Under the pieces are notes generated by a model. It was not told where the DNA came from and made no database searches. It saw only the letters and a list, made by a program, of their open reading frames with translations. Below, piece by piece: positions 47,640 to 62,600 of a stretch of DNA of 64,000 bases. Position numbers and translations under genes: made by a program. This stretch comes from Lingula anatina (Eukaryota; Animalia; Brachiopoda). The first letter of the stretch is position 1. Each line of letters opens with the position of its first letter. The stretch lies in assembly GCA_051362555.1 (NCBI GenBank), contig CM120640.1, positions 11,160,001 to 11,224,000 of the forward strand, written 5' to 3'.

Positions 47640-50600
47640 TTATTATTATTATTGTGATCTTCAAGTCACTGCCTTCCTTTGCTCTTGATTAATGACATAT
47701 TTTACCTTTTTAATATTTATTACTATTTTATAAATATAAAGAATTTATTCCTATTTTGAAAATTAATTTTATCCACTTGACCATTTGAAAAAATGGGTTC
47801 AGTGATTCTCCAATTCTTTAACACTGTTTACTGTAGATAAAAAAGAAATCATATTTACAGATAATTTTATATACTGACAATACCAAGTCCAAGTTAATAA
47901 AAAATGACAATGTGATCCCTCTTTTTTGAAATTAATTTTGTGTTTTGATTTGTATTGTAATTTATGTTTTAGTGTGTGTTGTATTTTTGCTAATTTTACT
48001 ATGTATTTTAGTGCATGCATGAGTGGCAATCCTCAGATGGTAGAACTAATGCTATCCCATGGTGCTGAAGCTGAACTTGACCCCGTTGCAAGAGCCACTC
48101 CTCTCCATGCTGCATGTCAAATTGGGAGCAGGGATATTGCTAAACTTTTGTTAGAGGTATAAACTTACATATAAAATATAAGTATATGATACAGTCAAAT
48201 TATATTATGAATGATATGCCATTAATTCCATTTTTGAGCATAAAAATAACAGCATTGAGAGTTTTTTGGGAGTCAGTTGTAAATTTCTCCTACATGCCAC
48301 ACCAATGCCCAGTGTTTTTTTCCTGTGAAAAAAAGAACAGGCATGATAAAAAAATTTTTATCATAGTTAGGGTCAGTCACTCTCATTAATCAGTCCATCA
48401 GTTTTTGTCTGTCATAGAGTGACCATTCTTTGTATGACCTAACAGATAATTAAGTTGCGCTATATTAACTAAAATGTAATTTTTTTTCAGCACTTCCCCA
48501 GTCTAGCAGGTGTACCTTCAAGTGATGGTTCATTGCCCATTCACAAGGCTTCAGAAGTAGGTAGTGCCACTTTGGTGTCACTCCTTTTACATTTTAATTA
48601 TCCTGAGGACTGTTTGGTAGAAATGGAAGCTGGTGACAAGGTCTACAAAGCAGCCTTTAATATCAATGCCAATGATCTGCAGCAGCAAACTCCTCTTTAT
48701 GTGGCCACAAATAACAAGCATTTTAAAACTGTGCAGAAGCTGCTGAAGTATAGAGTTAAGTACTACACTAGGACAAGAAGTGACAGCAGTGGAATCTTCG
48801 GAAGTGATGGCACTATGAGAGAAGAAGATTTGACTGGATCACAAGAAGGTGCAGGCGATGATGAGACAGTGGAAGAAGAATTCTGTCCAGTGATACTTGA
48901 TATCTTCAATAAAAATGGTGAATGTGCATTGCATTGTGCAGTCAGGAATGGTTCATATGATATCATCAGCTTATTGCTAGCAGCAGGTGCAGATATCAAT
49001 ATTCAAACCAAAAATGATGAAAAACTCACAGCTTTAATTCTTGCTTCTGAGAATGTTAATATTCGTGTGCTGGACCTTCTTCTTAAACATGGTGCCCAAG
49101 ACTTTGACAACAAAGCTCTCTTTTCCAACATCATTTCAAATCAAGACAAAATGGTGTCTGCATTGCTGAAACATCGAAGTCATCCAGACACGGAATACCA
49201 TGTTAACAAACTGGCAGCAATGCAGTTTGTTTGCAAAGAAGACAGTGATTTGTTGTATTATCGCAGCATGGACTCTCAGTCCAGTGTCAGCATTCCCAAT
49301 GTGTCTGTGGCAATAGATTGGCATGATTTGGAGATCATTAGAGAAATCAAAGAAACCTGGTTGCTCAGCACATCATATTTCCACAATCCACGCCTGACCT
49401 TCACCCAGAAACAAGTGGCATTATTTGCTATCAGCAGAATTGATGTTTCTAAGAACGATCTTGACTCCCTGCCACCTGTGATATTCCAACTCCAGTCTCT
49501 AAGAATCCTCAATGTCTCACACAACAGATTGAGTAAACTTGTGTCCACCATAGTCTCCAAGCCACTTCAAGAACCTTGGCAGTGTCCTCATCTGTGTGAA
49601 ATCCATTTGCATAACAATAATTTAGTTGAGTTACCTGTACAACTATTTTCATTGCCAGAATTAACCAAATTGGATGTGGCTTACAACAACCTAGAAAACC
49701 TTCCAGTGGAGATGTGGAGTGCCCCCAAGCTAAGTGAACTGAATCTGGCCCACAACAAATTGAAAAGTTTACCCAGGAAGGTGCCTGAGGACATGAGTAG
49801 CTCCACATATGTAGAAAGTATTGCAATAGACACTGGACACCAGATGGATGTTGATATTTCAGAAACCACTGCTCCTGAAGAGGAAAATGGAGAGAAGAAG
49901 TGGTACAAAGAGATTCATGTCAACCATTCCAACCTCTGGTCTACAACTGTGCACTTTGATGATATTGAGGACATCACTGACTCCAGGTCCAGAAAGAATT
50001 CTCAGTTAAGGGATTTGAACCTTTCAGGTAACCTTTTTGCAAAGTGCCCTGAAGTTTTACCTTGTCTAGCACCAGCTCTTCAAAAGTTGAATTTATCTCG
50101 GAACCAAATCAGAGAAATGGCCCCACCAGGACAGTTTCCTGCAACTTTACGATGGCTGGATATGTCTAACAATCATATAGCAAAGATTCAGGAGAAAGAA
50201 GAAACCACCCCAATGTCAGACATGTCTGAATGTTACAGCAGACCAGGACAGTCTTCGTAAGTAAAGCAATTTGGCAGAAAATTGTAATATATGCTTGGAT
50301 GGTATTTATTTTTATGGAAGTAATTGATATTGATGTATATTCTACTTATTTTTTCAGGCTAATTTGTAAAGTGGCATATTTTGATCTTAATACTAATATG
50401 TGTTGTGTATACTTTAATTTTTTCAGGGGAATATCAAAGAACCGGGCCCGTGCAGCTTCTACAGTGAGCACTATAAGCAATTCCAACTACTGTATTCACC
50501 AGAGACATGACAAGCTGGATTCTCTTAAGACACTTATTCTTGCTGGAAACTTCATATCCAAGGTTACTTTGGTGGCTGAAAAAGAGGAAAATCAAGAAGC

Positions 50601-53600
50601 TGACAGTGAAGGACAGGTTTGTGTTGTTGACAGTATTATCATTTTAATGATAATTTAATAATACATACAGTGTTTATATTAAAACATTGCAGTTATTTTT
50701 TGTCCACCTAATAGGTATAATTGATGGTATTTCTTTTGGTTCAGTTATCGTCACATCTCTGCTCACATCTTATTTTTGTGATTGCATAGATACTGAGAAT
50801 ATAAGATGCATAGCTATAATTTTAAGTTTGTGTACAGTAAACTATACAGAACTCATCACTCTACTGTTGAAATTAACTATTTCAAAATGTTAAAACATTT
50901 TTTGGGTGTTAGAAAAAAATTCTACTGTAAGCCGACAACTTTTTAATGTGTTAATATAAAGAAAAGAAAAATTAAAGCTCTGGGGAAGAGGGTTTCTTGG
51001 TTATTGTTTAAGCCGAAAACCATCTATTGCCTTTGTACATATTGGATACATGTGTCATTTGATTAACTCTACTTTTCATTTGTATTCTTATCAATTGCAG
51101 CCAACCTCTCATGAAGCCCCTAAAGTGCGGTATATTCCCAAATTTCCCAACCTAAGTCAACTTGACCTGAGTTCCAACAAAATCATAGATGTGCCCAAGT
51201 CCTTGTCCTCTATGATGCAGCTGACAGCTCTCAACCTGAGGCACAACAGTATCAGAGAGGTAGGCTTTTTTAATGAAAATGTTAGTGTTATGAAATATTT
51301 CAAGTGCTATCACTTAACCATTAATCTTTTGGAAGATAAAAAAAAAAAGAAGAATTGTTAAATCTGCCTGTTGACTGTTAGTATATATGTAATCAGAATA
51401 ATTTAGTCTGAGGGTATTGGACATACTTATCTTTTTATTAATTCAAACGATTTTGCAAAGCTTACTTCAATAACTTTTCTCACAGGTATAGAAATATTTT
51501 TTGAAAACATTTATTGTCCACTTATTAATTTACCAGTTACCACCACAACTTGGGCGTCTCAAGAAACTTTGGAACTTAGATTTAAAGGAAAATGTACTAG
51601 TTGGTCCCCTGCAAGTTATGGTGGAACAAAAAATCAGAACTGCAGACATCATCGGGTTCCTTGGCTCCATCTTGGATGAGTATGTTTATTAAAACTTTAA
51701 GTCACTTATTGGTCAAGATGAAAATTCTGCATTGTGTTTGGCATGTCAGAGGAATGGATTTTTATATTAAGTCCATTATTATATTCAATTTTCAGGACAA
51801 ATTACCTAATTTTGTAATTTCATGATGTTTAATCTCAATGACATTGCAAGTAATATTAATAAAATGCTCGTCCTTCAGTGCCAAACCATATGCACGCATG
51901 AAACTAATGTTTGTTGGCACTGAGAAGATTGGAAAGACAACTTTGCTCAATTGCTTGAGAAATGAGGTTAGGCCAGTGTTTGCTGCAAAAGAGCCACCAC
52001 CAAAGGTATGTGATGATATAGCTACCATATGAATGGGGTTAAATATTTTTGCAAATATAACCAATAATTTTATATTTTAGATCTTTGTTGGATAAAGAAA
52101 AGACAAGCTTCAACAAATTTCACCAATCTAACAAATTTAGATCTTTTAAAGATATGACAATCTTTTAATTTTATTATCTCTCTTTTCAGCACTGGAGCAC
52201 AAGGGTGAGTAGGACAGGAGTGACATCTATGTACAAAGATGCCAAGGGGGAATTCGTGGCAACTGTGGGAGTTGATATAGGGGACCTCACCATTGACAGA
52301 AATGGAAAGAAAGTGTCATTCAAAACATGGGATTTTGGTGGACAGGTACCGTACACTGTAGTTTTGGAAGTGTGTTCATTTAAAGGAGGATTCTTTATTT
52401 TGCCAGTTAAAGTAATGTGAATAACATCAATGATTTTACTAATTCTACATCAAGTTTAGCTTTTACTTGTACGTTTTACTTTGCATTTGCATTTTAGAAA
52501 GAATACTATGCCACCCACCAGTACTTTCTCACCAGACGCTCTCTGTACTTGGTCTTGTGGAAAATTACAGATGGAGAGAAAGGTGTCAGTGAAATTAAGA
52601 GATGGCTTATCAACATACAGGTAAGAGTGTTCCAGTTTTTAAACTGCCAAAGAAATATGTTACAGATCATAGATTTTTTGAAGTCTTGGGTAAATGTTAA
52701 TTCATCAAACATATTTCTTTTGTTCTAAGGTGTACTTTGTATGTTACTGTGTTAACTTTTTTATTGATCATAATAGTGAAGGCATTATATGTGATAATTG
52801 GGTTTGGGTTAATTAGGTTTGAACAAATGAGTAAATCCCTTATCAACATACAGGTAAGAGTGTTCCAGTTTTTAAACAAAGAAATATGTTACAGATCATA
52901 GATTTTTTGAAGTCTTGGGTAACCCCCCCCCCCCCCCCCCCCACCACCATTTTTGCTTATAGAGTTTTTATATGTTGGTTCAAAGTGAAAAGTTGGTTTC
53001 ATATCAGCAAAAATATTATTGGAAAAATCTGAAAAAAAAATGAACCATTTGAAAAGTTAAGAATATTAACTTTTTTTCTTAAGGCCCGTGCTCCAGGAGC
53101 ACCTGTGATCATAATTGGGACTCACCTGGATGAGCTGAAGAGCAGAAGATTTCCTCATAATTTCCTGCCAGACTTGACCAGGCTCATTGACAACCAGTTT
53201 GTGAACATATGTGAGCCTGAAAAGTCTGGATTGCCCCAAGTGAAAGCGAGGATAGAAGTCAGCTGTAAGAAAAGAGATTCTATCAAGAAATTGGTTGATT
53301 TGATACATGAGAAAGTGTTTGAATTGGCTGATGCAGGTAAGCAAAGAGGTTAAATCCATGCAAAGTATTGTTTTTAAAGCCAGTAAACATTTATGAGATT
53401 TATAAGATAATTAAAATCTGCATAATTTTGTAACATTGGCTGTGCTGCTTCTAATCTGATTTTTAATTTAGATTATTTTTTATTTTGGTCCTACGTGATA
53501 TCCAATATAATAATTGTAAAAAATTACATTTAAACATATTAGGCTTCATTCCCATAGACACCATTGGTCTACATAGATCGATCTAACTGGGAGGGACTCT

Positions 53601-56600
53601 GGTTGAGTGCGTTCAGACAACAAATTAACCAGACTCGTCCTGGCATTAAGTAGAATACAGAAAAGTTGGTGATAATATGAATATGTTGGAAACAAGAAGA
53701 GGTGTGTCATTCAGTTCAGTTTAGTTAAGCAAAGTTGGATTGATCTATGCAGACCAGAATGGGGTCTTTGATACCACATAACTGGTACATGCAAAATCAT
53801 TTCCTATAATATCTTACTTAATGTCTAGGTAGTAGATCTAACAAACTTCTGGAGCAGAAGATCCCTGCCAAATATTTGGAGCTTGAGGATGTGGTGAGAG
53901 CTCTTGCAGAGGAGAGGGAGAGACAAGATAAAGACCCAGTGCTGCATGCAGATCAGTACAAGTATGTTGAGTAACTTAAGAATGAGGGGTTTTAATGTCC
54001 TACAGATCAACTAATACTTGAAAAATATGTATACGGCCTTAGATATGTACTTAGACAAAAGAGATTCATTGTTGGCTTTAAAAAAACTAAAAAGTAGAAC
54101 AGTTGATTAAGAAATTAGTTGAATGATATGTAAATAATACTTTAAAATATATTATGGATCATTTTGTAGAACACTTGTAATGCTGAAAATGGAAGAGATG
54201 TTCAAGCATTCCTTCCGTGATCTTCAGGAGCTGAATCAAGCCACTCATTTCCTACATGACAATGGTAAGCAGTCGGCTCTTACTGGGGAATTTTCAGAAA
54301 GTAGTATAATAAATAAGCTTATATAAAAGATATTTACAGAACATGTTTTAGTTAAATTCTTCACATTATTCATGAACCAATAATGATCGTAGAAATTTGT
54401 GAAAGTGTACATATAAGCCACCAAAATTAAAAAAAAAAAAAAAATTGCCATTCCAGTTTGTATTTGTATTTTCAGGTGTATTGCTTCACTACAATGATGT
54501 TTCTCTTCGGGATATGTACTTTCTTGATCCCCAGTGGCTGTGTGATATGTTGGCCCATGTGGTCACTGTCAGGGAGATAAACAGTCTGGCTAAGTTTGGT
54601 GAGTGCTTGACACTTATTTATTGCATTGTGAAGAAGTCATTGATTTAAAATAAAGTGATTATATACTTATAGTAGTTGCCTTGTTTTTACCTTTTTAATG
54701 ATAACAAAGATAGCAAAAAGAAACATGCCTTATATTGGAGATAACTTGTTTTGTCTGCTATGAAGTATTGAAATTCAGTATGTATTTGGTCATGTATTAA
54801 AATAATTGTTGCATTTATTATATCATAAATTTTATAATTGTTTTATGTTTATGGAAAAAGCAGATATGACACCCAGTGTTTTTGGAATATGTTTAGGGCA
54901 CTCTTTGGGACAAATCATTATCTGTTAGGTATCTGATACATGATGAAAATATTCTTTCATTAATAGGTGTTATGCAAACCGATGATCTTCAGATTTTGTT
55001 CAGAAACTCTGCATTCAGACCTGAAGACATTAAGGAATACATCATTGGTCTACTAAACAAATTTGAGGTGGCTCTGCTTTGGGATGATAAACATCTTCTG
55101 ATCCCTTCTTTACTACCAACAGAAGAAGAATTGAAAAATGACATATGTGATGTTAAGGTAACTTTTTATCTATCGATGGCTAATATTGTATTTCAAGTCC
55201 CATTAGTATTGTACATGGCAGTGCAAATTTGGCAAGGTTAAGTATTGGTGTCCTATTAACAACTTGAGCCACACTAAAATTCGTGTTGGATCGTGTTTTT
55301 AGTTGTTTTCCTTTTTTTTTTTTTTTTAGCTATTTAGGATTATCTGTTCACATTTTCATTAACTTTTCAAAGTTATCTTTGTGTATGTTGCAACTGAATT
55401 TAAGCACAGATGAAACTTTCGTGATATTCATGTACATATACCCCTTCCATGTTTTTAGATACCTATGAGGCTTCCAATAACAGAGAACAGAAAGTCAACT
55501 CTCATACCTGCCAAGAAGCCTACAGACAGACGCTCATCCTTAGTTCCCCCAGTGCTGCCACGTGAAATCTATGCAGGGAAATCTACCTTCTATGCACCCT
55601 CTGGTGATGAAAACAGGGCAGAAATGAATTCAAAGTTTGAGCAGAAGACTGATCAACAGGAGACTGAGCCAGCAATGGAAAGGAAAAGCTCCACAGGGAT
55701 GCTTACACCATCCAGCATTCTCACTTACACTTCCAGCCCTACAAGTTCACTGCGGCGGCTGTATCTTATGACCTACTTTCCCAGTGGATTTTGGCCACGC
55801 CTTATCACCAGGTTGCTAGGAGACAGATCTTTGTACAACATTGTATGTGACATGTACAAGATTCCAGATGTGTTGAGGTCTGATCCAGCAGTGAATAATT
55901 TGAAGGGGCATGCTGAATGGAGTTGTTGGCAAACGGGTCTGGAGCTCCACCTTGTCACCACTCTCCTGCGAGTTAAAGAAGTTGACGCAGAAAAGCCATT
56001 CACACTTTGTGACTTCAGAAAGTGTTTTCTAAAATGGGAGAGTGAAAACAACATGTGGAAGGATCTGAATGTGACCAGCATGTCCATTCTTGAAATTTTC
56101 CTTCCCAATGATGTCATAGTTGTGAAAACTGAAAGTGACAGCTATGATCTGCCATGCAACCCTAAGGCTGCTGCCAAAATGCTGTCAAAGATTGTTGATC
56201 ATATTGATATGCTGCTAGAAGACTGGTATCCTGACCTAGGTAAGCATTGGTGAATATGGTGTCACTGGACATTTTTTAATTTTTTTGGATGTAGTACACG
56301 AACATGTAGCAGAAGAAATGATAAGTAAACATGTTTTTTAAAGCCTTATTCTCACCTGAGTGGAGCAACTGGGTAGTCTTAACTCATTACATATGATGTA
56401 TTTGTAGTAATGCATATGCCAATAGTTTTCTGAATTTGTAATTGTTTATTAATTTCCCAATTAAAACGTCTTTTTTAGGTGTGAGATTTGTGCATACATC
56501 TGAGGGCACCTACCTTGTTACGAGGATAGTCCCTTGCCCATTATGTGTGATGGACCAGGCTCAGCAGCAGGCCTCCACTACAGAGCATGGACAGTTTTTA

Positions 56601-59600
56601 TGGTCAATGGTTGGACTAACCCGGCCAATGGGAACTAAACCACTAGAACCAGAGGCTGTGGTCACAGATGAAGTGAATGTGCCCCTTGGACAGCAGTCAG
56701 TATCATTTTTTTTTAATAAGCAAAAAAAAAATGTCTGATATGGATCAATATTTCCTTTCGTTTATCTGTACTCATTTGCTTGGCTATTTTTAAATTTTGT
56801 ATGCCTATATGTCACATAAATCTCCTTTTACGAAGAAGGTGTGTGTGTGTGTCTGTGTGTCTGTCTGTCTGTCTGTCTGTCTCCTCAGGTATTGAGCATT
56901 TCTTGCATTTTATTATTATTTTTTTTTTGTAGGAAACAGAGTCAAGAGGGTGTTATCTATTGCTACATGGCTGAGCACCTTACACAGCTGATTCAGCACA
57001 GCAAACCAATCAAGTGTCCATCTCATGATGTGCTGGTCAGTATGGATGCAGCTGTCCAAGACAAAGTGGCCCATATTGCTCCTGACTTGGTGAGTGACAT
57101 GCTGTATGTATCTGTAGTAACAGTTTGGGTTTTAAGAAATGGTAATGTAATATGTATATGCCTGTCATCAGGTAAGACATCCTGCTGCACTATATTGATA
57201 GTGTATAATTCACAGGATATATAAAAAATTGGGTAGGTGTATTGTAGATGTGTTCTCAGTGGCAATGTACCTCATTGTTCTTAAAGAACATTATAGAATG
57301 CTGCCAATTATGCTGTCATGTGTAAAGAACAGACCATATATTGCAACTGGCAAGACATTTCTATGCCCTTTTTTAACTTAGATGTTTGACGATCTTGGAG
57401 AAGACTATCAGATCAAGGCCATTCAGCACACTGATTTCCTGGGCAGAGGAAGTTTTGGAAATGTTTTTGCAGGAACAGCTGAAAACAAGGTGCTTAAATT
57501 TATATAGCAACAGTAATATAAGTATAGCATAAGCGTTTATTTGAAGTGTGAATAGTTTTTCTAAGAATGAATTATAGGCAGGTTTGTTAGAATTTTAGTT
57601 ATATTATAAATATAAGATAATATTTTGAAATCTGATACATTTTATTGGGTGCTTTTTCTAGAGCAAAAATATTGATGACTGTTGTATTCTGTAAGTGACA
57701 GTTTCATTGATTGTGTGTATTTTTTCAGCTTGGGAAGGTGTGTAATGCTGCATTGAAGATGTTAGAGCCTGTGAACCCTGGGGATGACGCATCAAATACA
57801 GAGAAGGAGCATTACAAGGTAAGAGCAGGCTGCAATCCATGATTTGATAGATTTATGATACCAAGAGTTAAATATTTGAATTATTAGTATTACATGTATA
57901 CTGTTCTCCTAATACATGTAATGTCCTTGTGCCATATTTCATCATCATGACATTCAATGGCCTGTGCAATGTATTTCATCCTCTTAATTGTACCACCAGC
58001 GTTAGCGCTGGCGGTACACATGGTTTCGGTCCCGTCCGGATCGTTCCGCCGGCTCCGCCGGCTCCGCCGGTTCCGCCGGCTCCGCCGGCTCCGCCGGACG
58101 GCTACCGTTACCGCTTCTCCTCCTAGACGGTAAGGCCCCCCGTACCCATCTCATGGATTTAGGTCACCTATAATCTCAACTCGTTCCACGTAAAATTTGG
58201 GCTTTGTCGGTATTGGGGTCTGGGTGTGGCACTCATTGCAATGCACCCTTGTCTAAAAATGGCAAAATTAAATGCTAATTATCTACCCTACGGAAGGAGT
58301 TATGGGAAAAATTTCTATAGACGGCTTTCCAAAAGTCATATGTGTAGATTTCAAATATACCCTTGGATTTGACCTTTGACCTTTACTTCAAGGTCAAATG
58401 GGCCAAAATTTTCAAAAAAAAATCGAAAAAAAATTTTTTTGCTCTGTTATTCAGACACCACACAGACTTAACCAATAATATTATTGGAAAGTGTTACCCT
58501 TCAGGTCATCTTTCATCTCCATGAATTTGGGGTCAATCGGTGCATTTTCACGGGAGTAGCGGCCATAAGATACGGAAACTGAAAACTGTCTCTAATTCGG
58601 GAACCGTTAATGCTAGAGACCCATTCTTTTTTGCATTTTGTAGAGCATGTAAAGCCCAACACTGGAGGTGGTCTCGGTTTTTTTGTATTCCATACTGTTT
58701 TCGAGTTACGCTGTATCAAAAAGTACATATTGGTGGTAAAAGCAAAATGTGCAGTACGGTAATGGATAATAAATTTTGAACTCTGGAAAAATAAAACATT
58801 AGGCTTGGCAAAGCAGACAACTTGTGTTCAAAAATGACATTATTTCATCAAATTTGAACTTCTGAAACTTCAGAGCACCTCCTATTTCAAGAATTTTGAC
58901 CAAAATGACATTTTCTTTATTTTAATTAATTTTTTCTGTACAAAATTTAAGGCACATTATGGTAACTCCAAAATTATAACATTTAGTCCCTTATATCTCC
59001 AAAACTGGCAGAGATAGGTCTATAGTTACTATTGAAGTTGAATAGGAAGTCATATACTGGCAATCTATATGTGACCTTGAAATTGACCTTTGACCTACTT
59101 TTCACCATGAACTGAACTTTGCAAATTTTTCTTCCCTTTTATCTCCAAAACTGGCAGAGATAGGTCCATAGTTACTATTGAACTTGAATAGGAAGTCATA
59201 TACTGGCAATCTATATGTGACCTTAAAATTGACCTTTGACCTACTTTTCACCATGAACTGAACTTTGCAAATTTTGCTTTCCTTTTATCTCCAAAACTGG
59301 CTGAGATAGGTCCGTAGTTACTATTGAACTTGAATAGGAAGTCATATACTGGCAATCTAAATGTGACCTTAAAATTGACCTTTGACCTACTTTTCATCAT
59401 AAACTGAACTTTGCAAAATTTGCTTCCCTTTTATCTCCAAAACTGGCAGAGATAGGTCCATAGTTACTATTGAACTTGAATAGGAAGTCATATACTGGCA
59501 ATCTAAATGTGACCTTGAAATTGACCTTTGACCTACTTTTCACCATGAACTGAACTTTGCAAACTTTTCTTCCCTTTTATCTCCAAAACTGGCAGAGATA

Positions 59601-62600
59601 GGTCCATAGTTACTATTGAACTTGAAAAGGAAGTCATATACTGGCAATCTAAATGTGACCTTAAAATTGACCTTTGACCTACTTTACACCATGAACTGAA
59701 TTTTGCAAATTTTGCTTTCCTTTTATCTCCAAAACTGGCTGAGATAGGTCCGTAGTTACTATTGAACTTGAATAGGAAGTCATATATCTCCAAAACTGGC
59801 AGAGATAGGTCCATAGTTACTATTGAACTTGAATAGGAAGTCATATACTGGCAATCTAAATGTGACCTTGAAATTGACCTTTGACCTACTTTTCACCATG
59901 AACTGAACTTTGCAAATGTTTCTTCCCTTTTATCTCCAAAACTGGCAGAGATAGGTCCATAGTTACTATTGAACTTGAATAGGAAGTCATATACTGGCAA
60001 TCTAAATGTGACCTTAAAATTGACCTTTGACCTACTTTACACCATGAACTGAATTTTGCAAATTTTGCTTTCCTTTTATCTCCAAAACTGGCAGAGATAG
60101 GTCAGTAGTTACTATTGAACTTGAATAGGAAGTCATATACTGGCAATCTAAATGTGACCTTAAAATTGACCTTTGACCTACTTTTCACCATGAACTGAAC
60201 TTTGCAAATTTTTCTTCCCTTTTATCTCTAAAACTGGCAGAGATAGGTCCATAGTTACTATTGAAGTTGAATAGGAAGTCATATACTGGCAATCTAAATG
60301 TGACCTTAAAATTGACCTTTGACCTACTTTTCACCATAAACTGAACTTTGCAAATTTTGCTTCCCTTTTATCTCCAAAACTGGCAGAGAAATTGACCCTT
60401 GACCTACCTTACGAAGAACTTAAATTTGATTGTACCATATATATTTTTTGCAATAGTTTAAAAATTCTTGTTGATTGCATTTTTACAGCTTGTCAAGCAC
60501 AAAACTGGTGGCTGTGTCCCTTATTTTGTGTATGTGGGGGTCTACATGAATGAGCTTGCTCCAGCTGGTGGTACAATATTTGGAGGCGGTATCGCCTCTC
60601 TGATCCTCTAGTTTTAGTTATGTGTTATATTTCTCTTCGTCTGTAGAGACAAATAGGGATGTGGGAACATGATCCCACTCGTTGCTCCTGCACAGCTTAT
60701 AGCACTGCTCGGCAGGAACTGAGTATTCTCCAAATACTGCATCACCCAAATATTGTTCCCCTGCTGGGTGTCTGCATGAAACCAATGTGTCTAGCCTTGG
60801 GTCTGGCACCACAGGGAAATCTGAAACACTGTCTTAAGAGCTATACTGTTCTCCTAATACATGTAATGTCCTTGTGCCATATTTCATCATCATGACATTC
60901 AATGGCCTGTGCAATGTATTTCATCCTCTTAATTTTAGTTATGTGTTATATTTCTCTTCGTCTGTAGAGACAAATAGGGATGTGGGAACATGATCCCACT
61001 CGTTGCTCCTGCACAGCTTATAGCACTGCTCGGCAGGAACTGAGTATTCTCCAAATACTGCATCACCCAAATATTGTTCCCCTGCTGGGTGTCTGCATGA
61101 AACCAATGTGTCTAGCCTTGGGTCTGGCACCACAGGGAAATCTGAAACACTGTCTTAAGAGCTATAAGAGGCTAGGTGCACGGTTGCCATTATTTGTGCT
61201 GAAGAAATTGATTATGCAGGTAAGAAGTTCAATTAATAAATATTTTAAAATTAAAAAAAAGAGAACTTCAGAGAAGAGATTTAGACATATATTTTCATCA
61301 TCCTGCAATGACTATTATGAGACCTTGATTGTATTTTATACAAATACCTTTGTCTTCACAGATTTCCTCTGCAGTGGAGTACTTGCATTCCATTGATATC
61401 ATACACAGAGATTTGAAAGCAGAGAATGTCTTGGTTTGGTCCATGCCTCCTCCATATATCCACAACCCCCAATCAGTGGTAGATGTCAAGCTAACAGACT
61501 ATGGAGTAAGCCGTGCTGCATTGCCAAATGCTGCCAAAGGACATGCTGGGACCCCTGCATTTATTGCACCAGAAATATTAATGCATGCTGGAGAAGAAGT
61601 TTATACCTCTAAGGTAATATTTCAGTTTCCTGTCTAATAAGTCTGTAGTTGCAGATTACCATGTAGTACCCTTACATATGTTGCTGAAAGGACATGTACA
61701 TATGAATATTTACTAATGTTTCAGTGATTATATAGCAATTAATAACTTTGGAACCATGACCAACCATATAGATAATTCATGAATACTTATTTCCAACAAA
61801 TTTGCATGGTGACATGTTTGTCCAATTCTACAAGATTGACAACATTTTCTTTGTATCATTACTTCATATTTTATGAAAATGTTTTTATTATAGGTGGATT
61901 GTTATTCCTTTGGAGTTGTGATGTATGAAATAATTGCCCTGAAGAAACCATATCAAAATATTGAGCAGTCTGATCTGCAGGAATATGTCCTAGCAGGAAA
62001 CCGACCCCTGCTTACTGAGAAGGTAGGCAAATATTTGAATAAAAAGTAAGAGAGGAAGCTGTAAGAAATAACTTGGGATAGTTTGGCAAATGATGTTTCT
62101 TCTTCTTAATGTGTATATTTGCAAACATGTTTAATGATTTATCTTATTTATTTTGCAATTTCCACTCAGAAAAAAGATACTACATATTTCTAAAAATACA
62201 TAAATTGTAATTTCAGGATTCAACTCACTATCCAACCCATGTGTTGGACCTGATGGGACAGTGTTGGTCACATGATCCACACCAGCGTCCCACGGCTCAA
62301 CAAATCAACTGTATAGCATCCTGTCCAGAGTTCTGTCACCTTCAGGACTGCGTGAGTGCAGAAAGTGAGATGGAGGTGACAGCTGCTTGTGGAGTTTGCT
62401 CAGAGTTTTCAGATCAAGAGAAACAAGGGCTGGAAGCCAGTGGTGGGTAGTTTAAAGTCACACCATAAGCATTAGACCTTTATGTACATAAACATGACAT
62501 TTTCCTGGTGATTTCAACACTTTTCTCTCAATCTTTAAGGTATACCTCACCAGAACTGCTGTCAAAATTACCATATATAAACTTTTTTTAGTTTTAAGTT

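Noticed and set aside
48763-49908. Several minus-strand ORFs in the large LRRK exon
   Set aside because: Antisense shadows of a long coding exon; no recognisable motifs.
61495-61506. DYG instead of DFG in the kinase
   Set aside because: Normal for LRRK-family kinases; not novel.
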